A DNA stretch of 64,000 nt from Adineta vaga (GCA_021613535.1 CP075495.1:13206001-13270000), one strand, 5' to 3'. Counted from the first letter of the stretch, positions 1 through 13,957 are shown. Notes: generated by a model not told the origin, from the letters alone. Made by a program: numbers and translations.

Positions 1-291
1 CATGCGCACAATGTCCAACTTCTTTGTTGACTATTCTCATCGTTATCGTCATCAGCAGCATGTGCTACCATCAACAAGCAAACAAAAACTACCGTCTTCT
101 GTCTTTTCTTTCTTCTTTGTTCTCTCCATTGGTTTTTTTTCTTTTTTTTTCCTGTGTGTGACATAAGAGATTAAAATCGAAAAATAGAGTTTATAATATA
201 ATGAGATGACAAAATCAAAAATGCAAATGTCTGTATGTCATTTTTAGATTTTCAAGCATTGCATATTCTTTTTAAAAAAATAGTATAAATA

Positions 292-540
292 ATGGCATCT
301 AATAAACAAGGTATGGATGAACATGGTAATTCTCAATTACCAACTAAAGCAGCAGCTGAAGGTACACTTGCACCTGAAAAAGAAGCAGTTGTTGATCATA
401 TGACAACGAAAATTCCTGTTTCAACTAGTAATTTAAATGGCATGAATTCACATGGTGATACTGTCATTCCTGAAAAAGCCGTTGAAGCAAATTTAGATCG
501 TCATATTCATGGATTACATCCACAAACTCAACATGAATAA
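292..540 (+). CDS. small hydrophilic, intrinsically disordered protein (82 aa) with an internal repeat; hydrophilin/LEA-like candidate
   Basis: Clean ATG-TAA ORF with A/T-ending codons like the neighbouring genes, and a splice acceptor (ttttttag) about 45 nt upstream. No Cys/Trp/Phe/Tyr. Repeat GMDEHGNSQLPTKA / GMNSHGDTVIPEKA. Confidence 0.7.
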   Translation: MASNKQGMDEHGNSQLPTKAAAEGTLAPEKEAVVDHMTTKIPVSTSNLNGMNSHGDTVIPEKAVEANLDRHIHGLHPQTQHE

Positions 541-912
541 ATACGCAACTACAAAACAAAACTTATTCAAATAGATATTCCAGCAGTTCTTATTATTCAT
601 TCGATCGCTTTTTTATGTCTATATCATATCAACACTTCTTCTTTCTCTTCTAAATATACTTAGAGTAAATGAGATGTTTGTTAATGTTGTGTTTCTTTTT
701 TCATTTGATTTACATACAAAAACATTTTCTGAAATGAAAGACTTATTTCATATAATACCACCATACTAATATTGACTAATGTTTATGAAAATAATCACTT
801 GATATTAATAAAAGGAAAGTCTAGTAGTTTAGTTCGATGATGATTTCAATGTTCAATGAATAAATACATCAATATATGATTTACTTCTCTTCTAATTCCA
901 GATTCTGTTTTG

Positions 913-3082
913 ATGACCTTGTCACACGAGACAAGGATGACGACCGAAACGGAATTGATTTTTTCACCAGAACGTTCATCAACTAATTCGTTTCATATAT
1001 TTTCTAGTAAAAAAGTAAAATTAGATCATTCGTTTTTGATTTCTAATAATTTCTAAATTGATATATCTTTATTTCAGGCAAGTCGTCGCGGTGCAACATT
1101 ACATCAACCACCAAAACCTGTTTCATGTCGTGTCTTTCGATATTTTACACCAGCTGCAGCAGTTCGACCATCCAACGCTGTTTCAGTTAGTACAGATTCT
1201 TATGGTGTTGGTATGTATTTCTCATTTATTTTGATGTGTTTATTTGTTAGTTTTTCATATATTTAGCATTAGAAAGTCCTTTTTATACGAAATCGAATAC
1301 GTCTACATATTGGGATCAATGTTTCGAACATCTGGAATGTATTGGACGTGGATCATTTGCTGAAGTAAGACACAAATAAAAGAATGTAAAAATCTTAACT
1401 AATTTTTATTAGGTTTACAAAGTTCGTAATAAAGAAGATAATCAATTATATGCAATCAAACGATCATTAACTAAATTTCGTGGCAAATCTGATCGGTAAA
1501 AATCGTAATTTTTCGAAAAGCTTCTTTATTGTGAAAATAATTATTGTACTAGTGATCACAAATTAAAAGAAGTTCGTTTCCATGAAGCACTTGCTACACA
1601 TGAAAATATCTTGAAAATTATTCGTGCATGGGAAGAACGTGAACGTCTATACATTCAAACTGAACTTTGTGAAAGCAAGTAAGTGTTAAATACGAAGAAG
1701 TCTTCACTATATATCTTTCTGAAGTTTATTGGAATATGCTGCTGAACATCCAATGAATCAAACAATGATTTGGCACTTTCTCTATCAAATCAGTCAGGTA
1801 AATTGTCATTTTGTTTCAGTTCATTGAATGTAATTATTATCTATCTAGGCTCTAGATTTTCTTCATTCATTATATTATGTACATATGGATGTAAGTACTT
1901 CGAATATCATGGACATGCATACATATGCATATAGATGTATCGTTTTTATTGAAAGGTTAAACCAGAAAATATCTTGATTACACATGATGGTATTCTCAAA
2001 CTTTGTGATTTTGGTATTGTACATGATTTACGAAGTGTATGAATGAAGTTGATTTCTGGCTTTGAAATTTATTTGTTGAATTATTTCTCTTATAGGCATC
2101 AACATTAGCACAAGATGGTGATGCACGTTATCTTGCATTTGAAGTTCTTTCAGGTACAATATCAACAGCAGCTGATATATTTAGTTTAGGCATGGCAGCA
2201 CTTGAATTAGTCAGTGATTATGATATGCCTGTAACCGGTGATCTTTGGACAGATATTCGTGGAGCAAATATACCAGTAGAAATCATTTCAGGTAGAAAGA
2301 TATGTAAACAAAATTTTCATTTAATCTATATTTTCATTTATAAAGTATTAACTGATATGAAATTAAAAGAACTTTTACTTCGAATGATACATGCAGATTA
2401 TAAATTACGACCATCAGCTAGAGAAGTTCTTGATAGTCCAACAATTCGTAATCAAGTACGTAGAGAAGAAGGAGAAGAAATGTAATATAATAACTTCCTT
2501 TTTATCGATTTAGATTTGCCATATATTATCACCATTTGCATTTAATCAACATCGACATGAACACGTAAATGTTTAACCATTGAAATATTTGATAAAAATA
2601 AATTGTTTATTTTTTCAATAGACTGTTTCAACAATTGGTGGAAATGATTCACCAGCTAGTCATGGTTGTCGAACACCAATTAAAAAACCTAAACGACCAC
2701 CAAATTATGGTGGCTATCATGATGAACATTCGGATGGTTTGAATCTTATTTTCTTTAAATTTGGATAATTTATCGTTTGTTTTCTAGATGAATTTCGACT
2801 TCATTCAGTTCACGATAAATCTCGATTGTAAGTTAGATCATCCATTGAATTTGATTATTGCGTAGAATATAACTTTTGATTTTCTAGAACGCCTCCACCA
2901 CCAGTTGTTGGTGATCCACTTCGCGTTCGTCTCTTCCCCGGTGATTCCGATGAAGAAATCAATGATGATCATATTTATTTGTAAGTTAATTATTTCGTTT
3001 TCTCTTTCATTTGCTTTTCTCTGTAAATAGTCGAAAATCTCCAGGTCAATTCAAATTTGATAGTAGTGGAACTGAAGATTAA
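913..3082 (+). CDS. PKMYT1: Myt1/Wee1-family CDK-inhibitory kinase (multi-exon)
   Basis: Spliced exons give YWDQCFEHLECIGRGSFAEVYKV, YAIKRSLTKFRGKSDR, RAWEERERLYIQTELC, HMDVKPENI, KLCDFG and DGDARYLAFE, which are Myt1 hallmarks. First exon 913/937-1014 splices in phase to 1078; stop at 3080-3082. Confidence 0.9.
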
Positions 3083-3598
3083 TTCATTTTCACCGATGCT
3101 CTTTTTCTTTCCTATCTACATAAATTCTATATGTCAGATTATAATTTACAATTGAATCTTTATTTTTTGTTGTTCTTTCCATGATGATTATTGTTGTTAC
3201 TATTCAATGAAGAAGAAAATGATATGTAAGCAAGAGAAATGTCAGATATATGTATATATTTTGATTATCTCCTGTCACAAATGAATTTCAAGCCGATGAT
3301 CTTTCTTTCTTTGTGCATGTCTATCTGCTTTTATTTATTCTTGTTAATAAGTATTGTGTACAGGTTAAAACAAAAAGAACATTTGCTGATCTCTTCTTCT
3401 TTCTTTCTCTATTTATTTTTTGCTCTTCTTCTTACATTTATGTGTGTGTGTACGTGTGTGATTAACTTGTTCAAAATTAACTTTTTTCTCGTTCTCGAAA
3501 GTGTGTTTGTGTGAAATTATTTAAGATATATCTATATATGAATGTATGCAACGCACTAATTCAGAAAATAATAATAGATTTTTATTTATAGATATTCT

Positions 3599-4382
3599 AT
3601 GAGACAGTTTGTGAAATCATTTAGTTGGTATTTATATGGAGGAGTAACATGCTATTGGTTACAACGAGTTTTTATGGATTTTATTCGTATAGATCAGAAC
3701 GAAAACGATTTATTTCAATTGGGTGATATCGTAATTTTAGATAAATGGAATCGATTGAAATTAAATAGGTATTAATTGATTTGAAAGAAAAATATCCGTT
3801 TGTTTAAAACTTCTTTTAATCAATTAGCAGTATAGTTAATATAAAAAATATTCCGAGGAAGATTTTAAAATCAGATAGTATCCTCACGGTTAAAATTGCT
3901 TGGGGAGATTATTAACGATAAAATACTCATATTCTTGTGCATATTAAACAATCAATCATCATATGATTATTTCTAGTTTTGTTTAGTATAGAAACAATTT
4001 AATATGTGCTAAATCACCTGATGATCATCAGCAGACAATCTTTGGTTATGTTATTGCTTTTTCTGATGATAGAATTAATACTCAACCAACGAATACTAGA
4101 GTCAAACTAGTCAAAGTAAGTGAGTTTGGAACTTAACTTCTTGATTTCCTCTATTGATTTCCTTCAGATTCCCAAAGGAAGTGTTGCTATTAGTCTACTA
4201 ACAAACAATGATCTGGAAGAGATTAAAATCATCCCATTGGGTTTAATCGAAGGTCGAACATTAGCTCGAGTAATTGAACACGTTATTTTACTTTTCATTT
4301 AACTCAATCTATTTAGATATGGCCACCAAAACGTTTTATCAGTCATCTTCTTAATAAATCATCAAAAACGGATATAGAATGA
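3599..4382 (+). CDS. IMP1/IMMP1L-like peptidase S26 homolog lacking the catalytic Ser-Lys dyad; exons 3599-3768, 3992-4115, 4168-4269, 4317-4382
   Basis: Four exons splice in frame to MRQFVKSFSWYLYGG...GDIVILDKW..RNNLICAKSPDDHQQTIFGYVIAFSDDRINT..IPKGSV..IPLGLIEGRTLARIWPP. This parallels IMMP1L RGDIVIAKSPSDPKSNICKRVIGLEGDKI..VPMGHV..IPYGLIRGRIFFKIWP. Confidence 0.8.
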
Positions 4383-4693
4383 AAAGATTATTTCAAATTT
4401 CTATCTGAACAATTGTCTGTCAATTTCTTTTCGTTGGGAAATAAAACATCAAAAAAAAAAGAAAGAAAGAAAACAAAAATACAATAAAGATCGTAAGCTC
4501 CTAGAAAACAACTTGAGCTGAACAGAATACATTGAATATATATATATATATGTAAGAGTGGTAAAATATATGTATATATATATACAAAATAAAGTCGAAA
4601 GGTTTTTTTTTCTTTCCCAATGTGTTTTATACACCGGGTTTCAATAAGGAAGAACAATGATGAGGATACATTTGTATTTGAAGTTTCTCTTAG

Positions 4694-7600
4694 TTAATCA
4701 TGCTCATCTTGTACAACTAATTTTCGTTCTTTATTTACTCGTCCACCGAGACATTCTTGAAAGAATTGTCGTTGAAAATGAAAATAATCATCATGTATTG
4801 TTGGATTCTTCTCGAAATCATGATCAGCATCGGGATAAACCTTTTGAGAGAAAGAAGAAGAAAATTTCTTCAAATTATGTGAAAATTATTTACTTTAAAT
4901 TGAAAATCAACACGAGCTTCGATGAATGATTTTGCTAATGCTGCTGCATGTTTAAAATGTACTTCCTCTACAAAAGATTACCATGAAAAAATCTCAATTT
5001 TTTTCTTTCTTCAATAGATTTACCATCAGCTGTTCCATGTACAATAGCTATACTTCTATTACGCATATTAGATCGACGAGACTAAAAAATAGCAAGATAT
5101 TTCATTTGAAAAAAGAAATCTTTATTATTGCTTACTGATTGAAGATTTGCTCTTAATCCACGAATACGTTCAGTATAGAAAGCATCTTAATGACAAAGAT
5201 GAATGATGTTATAAAATCAATATGGAAATTAAAATCTTACAGTAATGTGATAAATCAGTTACAGGAGAATCAAGAAATGCACAATTATATTCAAATTTAT
5301 CTTTGTATGGTTGTTCAAGTAATTTTAATGCAATAGCAGCGGCAGGACCCTAAAATATATTTCAAAAATTGAAATCATTAGAATATCTGTGTATGAAGTA
5401 GGTAATAAAAACAAGTGATGTCATCATTTTCTTATTATAGATAGACCAATCTGTCAATAGTTATTTGAACAGATGGATGATTATTAAAATTTATCTGTCA
5501 TGATATTACAATTCAACTTACAAGTAGATTACAAAAACATGCTCATATGTTATCATTTGCTGGGATTTGTATATATCTTAAGCATTCTGATAGAACAATA
5601 AAGTATTCATAAAGAACTATTTGTCAATCTAATTACATATGTGAATGAAAGCATTTGTTCCCAAGAGTTCATTCAATAAAACTTCATCTACATTGAAATT
5701 TTTAATCAATCAAAACTCGATTTTTAAGCAACATTTCTTGTCTTTAAGTTAATTCTCAAGGACAAAATCAATCAATTACTAACACATGTAAATGCCGAAG
5801 CTATTTATTGACAATACATTTAACATTCCGAAGAAAGAAAAGAAAACTTACGCGTGCTTTTAATCCAAATCTTGTACTATTTAATGTTTCATTAAATTTC
5901 TTGTCATGATATTTTAAATGTCTAAAATAGGTTTATATTCCCAACAAAATTCAAACGAGAATATTTTCCTTACTGTGCAACTTTAATATAATCATCATAT
6001 TGTCTTTCGAACCAATCAAATTGATTACTTTTGAGATAGTTTTCATCCTGTCCTGTACTACCATGTGAATCAAATAGAACAATACTTATATTATCTTTTG
6101 TCACATGAGCAAATCTTAAAAATTCCACATAATTCTTGCTTTATCTCAAAAAATTGATTCTCTTACTCGACTAATGGGAAAGCGTATTTTTTTGTAACTT
6201 GTTGATCATATAGTCGATCATTTCTATTGAATGAAAAGAATATTTCTTTGGGTTCTTTTTTTCTCTTTTTACTCAAAATCTTACATTGATACAATAACAG
6301 GATAAGATGCAATGGTTACATTTGGACTATATGTCGGAGGAAAAATGATCATACCATGACCCACTAAAACAGACATATTTACTTGAGGGAAAAGTTTTGT
6401 TGAAATTTCTTTTACCTGAATGTTTTCCATCGAGTGGAACAGAAAAGAAGTCAACATAAGGCATTAGTCGATTATTAATCCATGTTCGAAATGATAAATT
6501 TTCATTAATTAAACCTAAAAAAAAGTTTATTCTTAAAATGAATAGAAAAATTACAAATTTATTTTTACCAATTTTATCTGTTCGATTATGTAATGTTGAA
6601 TATGGAATCGAAGGTCCATAACATTCTAATACATAATAACTACCATTTCCTGAACTAAATTGTGCATTTGCATAACCACATGTTTGATTTTCATCGTTAC
6701 AAGAAATACAATCAAGATCAACTTTGTCGTTCATATAATTCCATCTACATCACAAATATTTATTATACATTTCATTTCTATTAGTTTTTTTCCTTACCGA
6801 TAAACTTCTCGTTCTAATGAATGATTTTGACGTGAACCAGTAAAATATACATAGTTATATTTATCAACATGAACTATTTCATCTGCATAGATATTCGTTG
6901 ATGATATTGCTCCAATACCAGGATACTTAAAAACAAACATATGAAAAAATGTGAAAATCTTCTCTTTCGGTTCAAACATACAGTTTGATCAAAATCAATT
7001 CGAACCACATGTGGATATGCTTTTTGTGTTGATTTATCAATACTATGGGTTTCAAATCGTATAATAAAACCATATGTACCCATTGGTGAAAAGAATGGTT
7101 TAAGAAATCGCGGTAAAATTCCACCTTTTGATGTTTCTTTCCAAAAAGATTTCAATGCAATTTCATCAGTTCCATTATTTCCTGTACGAATTTCATACAA
7201 TTGTATAATACTCGAATTTTGACCACGATTTCCGTAGACAACTGCTAAACATGTATCACAATACCATACAACATGATAGATGTACAAATCAGATTTCCTA
7301 ATAAATACACAAAAGGGAAAGAGACAAATCGATACAAGATATTGGTCATGAAAAAACTTCATTTCTTACAAATTTCTATATTCAATTGGACGTGGTACAC
7401 GAAGATTTTGTCCTGATTTAATATTATAGATGTAAACATCAAGTAAAGGTAATTTATCACTGAATTTCGGATATGGGATTGAATATTGATCATTATTATC
7501 ACGTGATAAATCATAGACAAGAAAATGATTTTTGGAAACATTTCGTAAATCAATTCTTATATATGCTAAATAACGATCCGTTGGTGACCAAAATAAAAGA

Positions 7601-10511
7601 AGATTGCGATTGAAAATTTCATCTAATAATACAAAGAAAGGAATACTCAAAAACCTTTAATTCCGATCAAAAATAGAGCTCATCATTAGTTATTCAATGA
7701 AGTGTTAAATATATTCCATAAAAAAATATCATCTGTTTCTATAAATAAAAATTATCTTCAGATGATTAGACAGCTTTTCACTTCAGGGACTTTTCCGTTT
7801 CTATATATATATATATTTAATAATTACCAGATTGCTATCGACGAGAAAAGATACTTACATTCATAAATCCATTCGACTAATCCATTATGAATTGATTCTC
7901 GGCTACCATTAAATGTTACACGATGACTTGTTGTTGTAGCAGTATCATAAATATAGATATCAAAATTATGTATAAAAGCCTAAAGCAAAACACCTCGAAG
8001 ATAAAATGTATACAATGAAAATATTGAAATCTTACGAAATAATTGTCCGAATTTGAATATAAAATAGCTGATAAAGGTAAGATTCTATTAACAGATAGAG
8101 CGATCGATGAAATTTTTCTTGAACTTTCATATAAATCATAATAATATTCCGTAAAGTATCGATGTACCTTATAAAAGGATAGGAGAAAAAAATCTCTTTT
8201 CCGATTCAATAAAATCATGATTTCTTTACTTTTTCTTTCTGATTCGGGATTAAAATAAATCGTGTCGATGGTGAAACAATTCCCGGTACAATATTCTCTT
8301 GTTGAAGAATATTTCTTCGAAATAGTAATTTTTCCGTTAATGTATCACAGTTATAAATCCATATTGAACCAGTCGTATCCATAAAAGAAAATGATACATC
8401 TGATATCCATGTACCATTCCATCTATAGACGAAGAAAAATCATTTCGAAATAAAAAAATACTACAAATCGACATTCTACTTACGGTTTAGGAATTTTTAT
8501 ATCAAATATATCTTGTTCACTGAGTGGAATCAAACCATGAGAAGATATTATTGGACCTATTCAAATGATTCTACTGTTCACGCAAGAAAATAAAACAATT
8601 GATCGAAACTTACGAGTACTTGTAAGAAAGATGGCTGCAGTAATAAATAAACAAACAATGGCAATGACAACAAAAGCAATGCCTAAACCTTTCCAATTTT
8701 GTTTCTTACTCGTACCACCCACTAATTCCTAAACAATACAATTTGAAAATCATCTCAGATGACATGAAGGGAAAATTATATGTTCGTCTTCTCTTCTATA
8801 GCTCACCACACAAAAAGAACAACATTGTAATAAATTCGAATTATTTCCCTCAAGTTCAGTCTGTTGCTGTTGATGAGATACAAACATTCGAAAAAGAAGA
8901 ACTTTTTTTCTCTTCGTTTTGAAATAGTAGTCATAATACACAGAAGAAGAAGAAGAAAATACAAAAGAAGAAAATCTATTGAAACTAAAATGAATATAGA
9001 AAGCTACTGACGGAAATCGTTGAACAATAGAAGAAAAAACTTGGAAAATGACGTTCATTAGACTAGCTTTAAAAATAGATAAAGCTGATAGGGAAAAAAA
9101 GAGTTCAAGGAGAATATATATGCATACACGTTTGTTTTTTTCTGTCGATGATATCAACGATTATTAAGTAACATTACAGTTGATTAAGTTTTGTTTCTTT
9201 TCTTTTCTTTTCTTTTCTTTTCAAGAGAAATGTATTGACTAATCCTCAAGCAGATCTTTATCATACTTTCATTATCCTTTTGTTTCATTAAGAGTATTAA
9301 TACTCAACATGATGAATCTTTATTAGGTCAATGAATATGTGCGTATATGATTTGAAAAAAGACAAAGTTAATCCATGGAAATCATTTCTAGATGAGTAGA
9401 GAAGAGAACTCAAGGATATTTTTGAACGAAACTCACTTTATAACGAACCATTGTAGCCATGTTGTAATGAAAATACAACAAATAATTGTATGTTCAGAAA
9501 AGAAACACACAAACGAAGAATTAAGTATAAATAGTTCTGGAGAAATAAGATTATTCAAACGATATATATATATGTATATGTTTGTTTGTTGTTGTTGATT
9601 TGAAAATTAAATCAGAAACGGGAGAATGTGCACATCGTCAATCGTCACGTCGAAACGGAACGATGACGATGAAAAGAGAAAAGAATAAGATCAAAAAGAC
9701 GACAAATAGAGAGAACAACGTTGACGACAAAGACTAACATCAGAAAGCCATGTCGATGTTTCTCTCACTTGTTCTATCTTTCATCCGCCATAATTTTCAG
9801 GCAAACCATCTACATTTCATCTCTCTAGTATGCATGATGTTGTCACTTTTTTTTCTTCTTTTCTCAGACGCTTCGTCGTTCGCTGTCTTAGAATCCTAAC
9901 TAGAGTCAATTTTTCCTTCTTTCTTCTGTTTTTTTTTTATTGCAGACATCCAGATTGAGACTGTTGGTTCTCAGTTATGTGTATGTGTTCTATGAAAGAT
10001 AAAAGGGACGAGAAACGAAGAGAGAAAGAGCTATAAAGAACAAGCAAGACGAATAATGCTAATAGAAGAAGAAGATGGTTAATAATAAAATGAATGGTTG
10101 GTTGGTCTGTCTTTACTTGACTAGTACTCAACCGATGGTTGCTGACGATTCGCAATGATGCTGATGATAATGAAAGAAGAAGAAGTAGAAAAAGAAGAAG
10201 AAGAAAGAGGAGGAGTAGGAGGAGAATGAGGAAGACGAAACGAAGAAGATGAAGGATGGGAGCAAGACAATTTATTGAAAGTAATATATAAAAACGGAAA
10301 ACGATTTTGAGCCAGCTTTCTTTTTCTCAAGTTGTCAAACAATACGAAAAAAAAATAGGCATAAGAAATATTCCAAGTCATTTTTCTTGGCACCAGATGT
10401 TATTTGATCAATGAGCTCATAGTTGATCGACATACGTACTCTTATCTTTCGCATGAATACACTCTTGAATTTTCTTTTCTGCTCATTCGACAATTAAGAT
10501 ATAACAGTTCA

Positions 10512-10556
<45 letters not shown>

Positions 10557-13500
10557 AAAAACTGCTCAAAGTAATTGAGACTGTTTATTTCATAAGGCTA
10601 TTTTCTTCTTTCAATAGGTTACCGAACTAAATACATACCGAAAGAAAAAAAATAGAAAGAAGACGAAGAAAAAAAGAAGTTAATTGCCTATTTACTATCT
10701 CTGACGTCGATGTCGTTCGTTGAGTTTCTACTAAAGGTAGACGAACGACTCTGATGAAAGTCAAATAAAGTTTCAAGTGATTATTTTTACATAGAAAATC
10801 CTTCTATGAAAAAAAGGAAAATCTAACTATTCGATTACCTGTATTTCTCGTTTATTTTGATACTGACGAAATTGATGAATAATAAAAAGCATCGTTTAAT
10901 CTTTTTCAATCATCAAGAGACTAATATTCAAACAAAGTGAAATTCTTTCATCTTTACACATATATCTAGTTTCCATATTTCTCATTTTCTTAGTAACAAA
11001 CCAAGCATTTTCTGTTTTAAAGAAATTAAATTCTTCTTTTTTTTTCAAAAGAAAATCTTGCTAATTTCATTTACTTACTGACATTACACAGATGCCATTT
11101 AAAAACTCCTGTATACAATTTCCCATGATGTTCTATACGAGTTAGAAACAAAAGTGTTAGGACGTACGATTATTCTACGAAGTGTTTGTTTTATATTATC
11201 CTTTGTTTCACACATCTACTGGCTTTTTCCTCCCGTTCATTTGATTTTTCAATCGATTTGTCTAATATCCGGTATGAAATGTCTATTTCGATGGAATCAA
11301 CAGATTAGTTAACACCTAAGCTTCAGTTAGTTGTTGATTGAGGAAACTTACCATTTCTATTTTTCTTACTTCGATTGAACAAATAAAACAAAAGTAACGG
11401 AAAGAAAATATTCCGTGTTTTTTCTACTCTAACAACTCGTCCGTATGATCGATTTTTTTTCTTTGTATAATTTAAGAGAAAAAAAAAAGTTTCTATATTT
11501 AAAACCAATTGTATTGGAGAGAAAAACCATGTTTGCATCAGACAATAAAATTGATTAAATATACGTGGAAAGAAAACCATACATCGTTTTAAAAATGTGA
11601 TTTTTTATTAACATTTTTAATATAAATTTTAACAGCGAATATGATGAAGAGTCATATATTATTTACAACAGTTCTGTGCATTAACTAAATAAGTTAGTTT
11701 GTTGTTCTTTGTGTTTTTAACGTCAACTACGAACGATATGTTTGATCTTTGGATAAGAAAATAGAGATGAAAGTGACAGTTAAAAAAATTTGGACGATGA
11801 GATCTTATACATCATGTAGAACGATTACTGTCATTGATATTTTAGATTAAAAATAATTATGAGAGACTCTTATAATAACAGTATTCTTAACTATATATAT
11901 TGATGTGAAATCTTATGGATAGAAAACTATTTCATATCAATGAAAGTTCAAATTTATTACTTCTAACTCTTAGGTAATCATTGTAAATACAGATAGGAGT
12001 ACTACTATTGCGGAATCTACAATGTATTCAATCTTTTAGAAAGAAGAATCGTTTTTGTTGAAAAATGAACAAGAAATTCTTTAGTGAGAAATGGAATGAT
12101 AACTATAATGTTATAGTGATATCAATATTTCATTACATATACTAGTAGTAATAATATCGATATTTCACATTCACAATTCTATTCAAATTACATTTCCTGC
12201 AAAACCTATAGTCAATGTCGCTAATCATCGATAAATTCTTCGCAATCGACAGAGGACGTCACTGAACAATATATTCTTCAACAAACTATATAAAAGATAT
12301 GTAGATTCAATGAAATTCATCGGTAACTTGTATATACTACAAATCATTTACTAAACTTTTCGATGTGATTCAGTTAAATATATCATTTAATAACTCACTT
12401 CAGTCTCGTCAGTTTCCATTATTAAAATTCATATATTTCTATCATCAGTTCATTTTACCATTTATTTCCAATAAAGAAATCTTATACTTTGATAATGTCA
12501 TTGAGCATAAACATTTTCTCAGATATAAATACATCTGTTTTCACTAAATAAACATTTACTTTTCACAACTTTCTCTCTCCCTCTCTCTCTCTTCTCATTA
12601 GACGTGTATATTTTCTATTAATCAGACATGTATTGCAGACAAGTAGAAATAATTTCTCATCCACTCTATCCTTCTTATATTCCTTGATTTCTGATTATTC
12701 TTTAATAAATATATCAAGGTCTTGAATATTATCTTATCTCTAGTTTATCAAAAACGATTTCTGATCATGTCTTACATTACATCTATTTTCTCTCATGTAT
12801 ACATTTGATCATCATTCTTTCAACCTCGATAACATATAAATAAACATCATCCTTTCTAATAAACTATTATGTCAACAAAGCGTCTATTTTTTTTTCTACA
12901 ATGAAGATTAAACTGATTAAGTATTTTTGTTGTTGTTGTTGTTGTTGTTTTCGATAAAACGAACTTTCATTAATTATATCACGACTAAGATACTTTGACA
13001 TGCTTTGCATGTTATCTCAATGTTCTATAAAGACAACGAAGCGAACTAGAGTATTTATGTAAGCATCAATTGTCTTCTCGTTTTTATTTTACAGCTGTCT
13101 TCGTCAACATCAATCATTTTCTTAACGATATCGATGTATGGAGATATAATCAATAACTATAAGCAATAACTTCTTCGATTATATTGTGATATAAACTATC
13201 AAAATATTTTTCTTTTCAAATTAATCAAAATACTTATCGATCAATCATTAAATACTAATGAATACATCAATTATCAATAGAGATAGAAAAGAAAACCGTT
13301 GTAAATTAACACTTTGAATGTGTTGATCGATAGTTTATATCAACACTTAAATTAAGTTATTTTCCACTAATTATTATCAACATAATTTCATCTACGATCG
13401 AACTTTTGTTCTATTTAAATATTAACAGAAGATTTCAATCTAATCTTTAATATAAATCTTCAATTAGATCGGAAATATATTTTCTTATCAAAAAGGAAAA

Positions 13501-13957
13501 GATTGTTTATCATAACAAATCCCTAGAAAATCTAATCATCTCATCCGCTTCTTCACTTAACTATTTGCAAGACTTGTATACATATGAAATGAAACACACA
13601 AAACTAACATTAGTTTCTGTTCCATATATATCACTGTATAATAGGAAAACAAAAAAGAACTTTAATTATCGAGAAAAGAATGTATTTTCTTCCAATATTT
13701 CATCGATTTCTGACAAGCATCTGTTCTATTATCTATTTGTGTACTAATGATAATCATAGAAATTTCATATTTTCCTCTGATATTTTGTCCTGTTCATTTG
13801 AATATATAAATCAATCAAAAACAAACAATAGTTGATCGCAAACATTTATCATCGTATTCAATAATTTCCATAAATCAAACAATCGATTTCTTGATCATGA
13901 CAATGAACGACAAACGAGCACAAATAAATAACTTACCGGAATTGTATTTCGATACAT
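4694..13957 (-). CDS. inactive dipeptidyl peptidase-like type II membrane protein (DPP6/DPP10 class, S9B); common exons 4694-8728, first exon choice uncertain
   Basis: ELVGGTSKKQNWKGLGIAFVVIAIVCLFITAAIFL matches the DPP6/10 juxtamembrane+TM segment. Also WSPTDRYLAY, IPYPK, YYVLECYGPSIP, IVHGTADEEVHF and YPDADH. The nucleophile motif GWSYGG is replaced by ARGPAA. Confidence 0.85.
10515..10555. repeat. (GA)n microsatellite, about 20 units
   Basis: Perfect GA dinucleotide run in the large first intron of the DPP-like gene. Confidence 0.95.
11930..12420 (+). pseudogene. possible heavily degraded NHL-repeat gene remnant inside the DPP-like intron (antisense)
   Basis: Fragments read as G.T.IA (~11996-12013), VANHR (~12216-12230) and YVDS...GNLYI (~12298-12336), which resemble NHL repeat motifs. 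No open frame. Confidence 0.3.
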
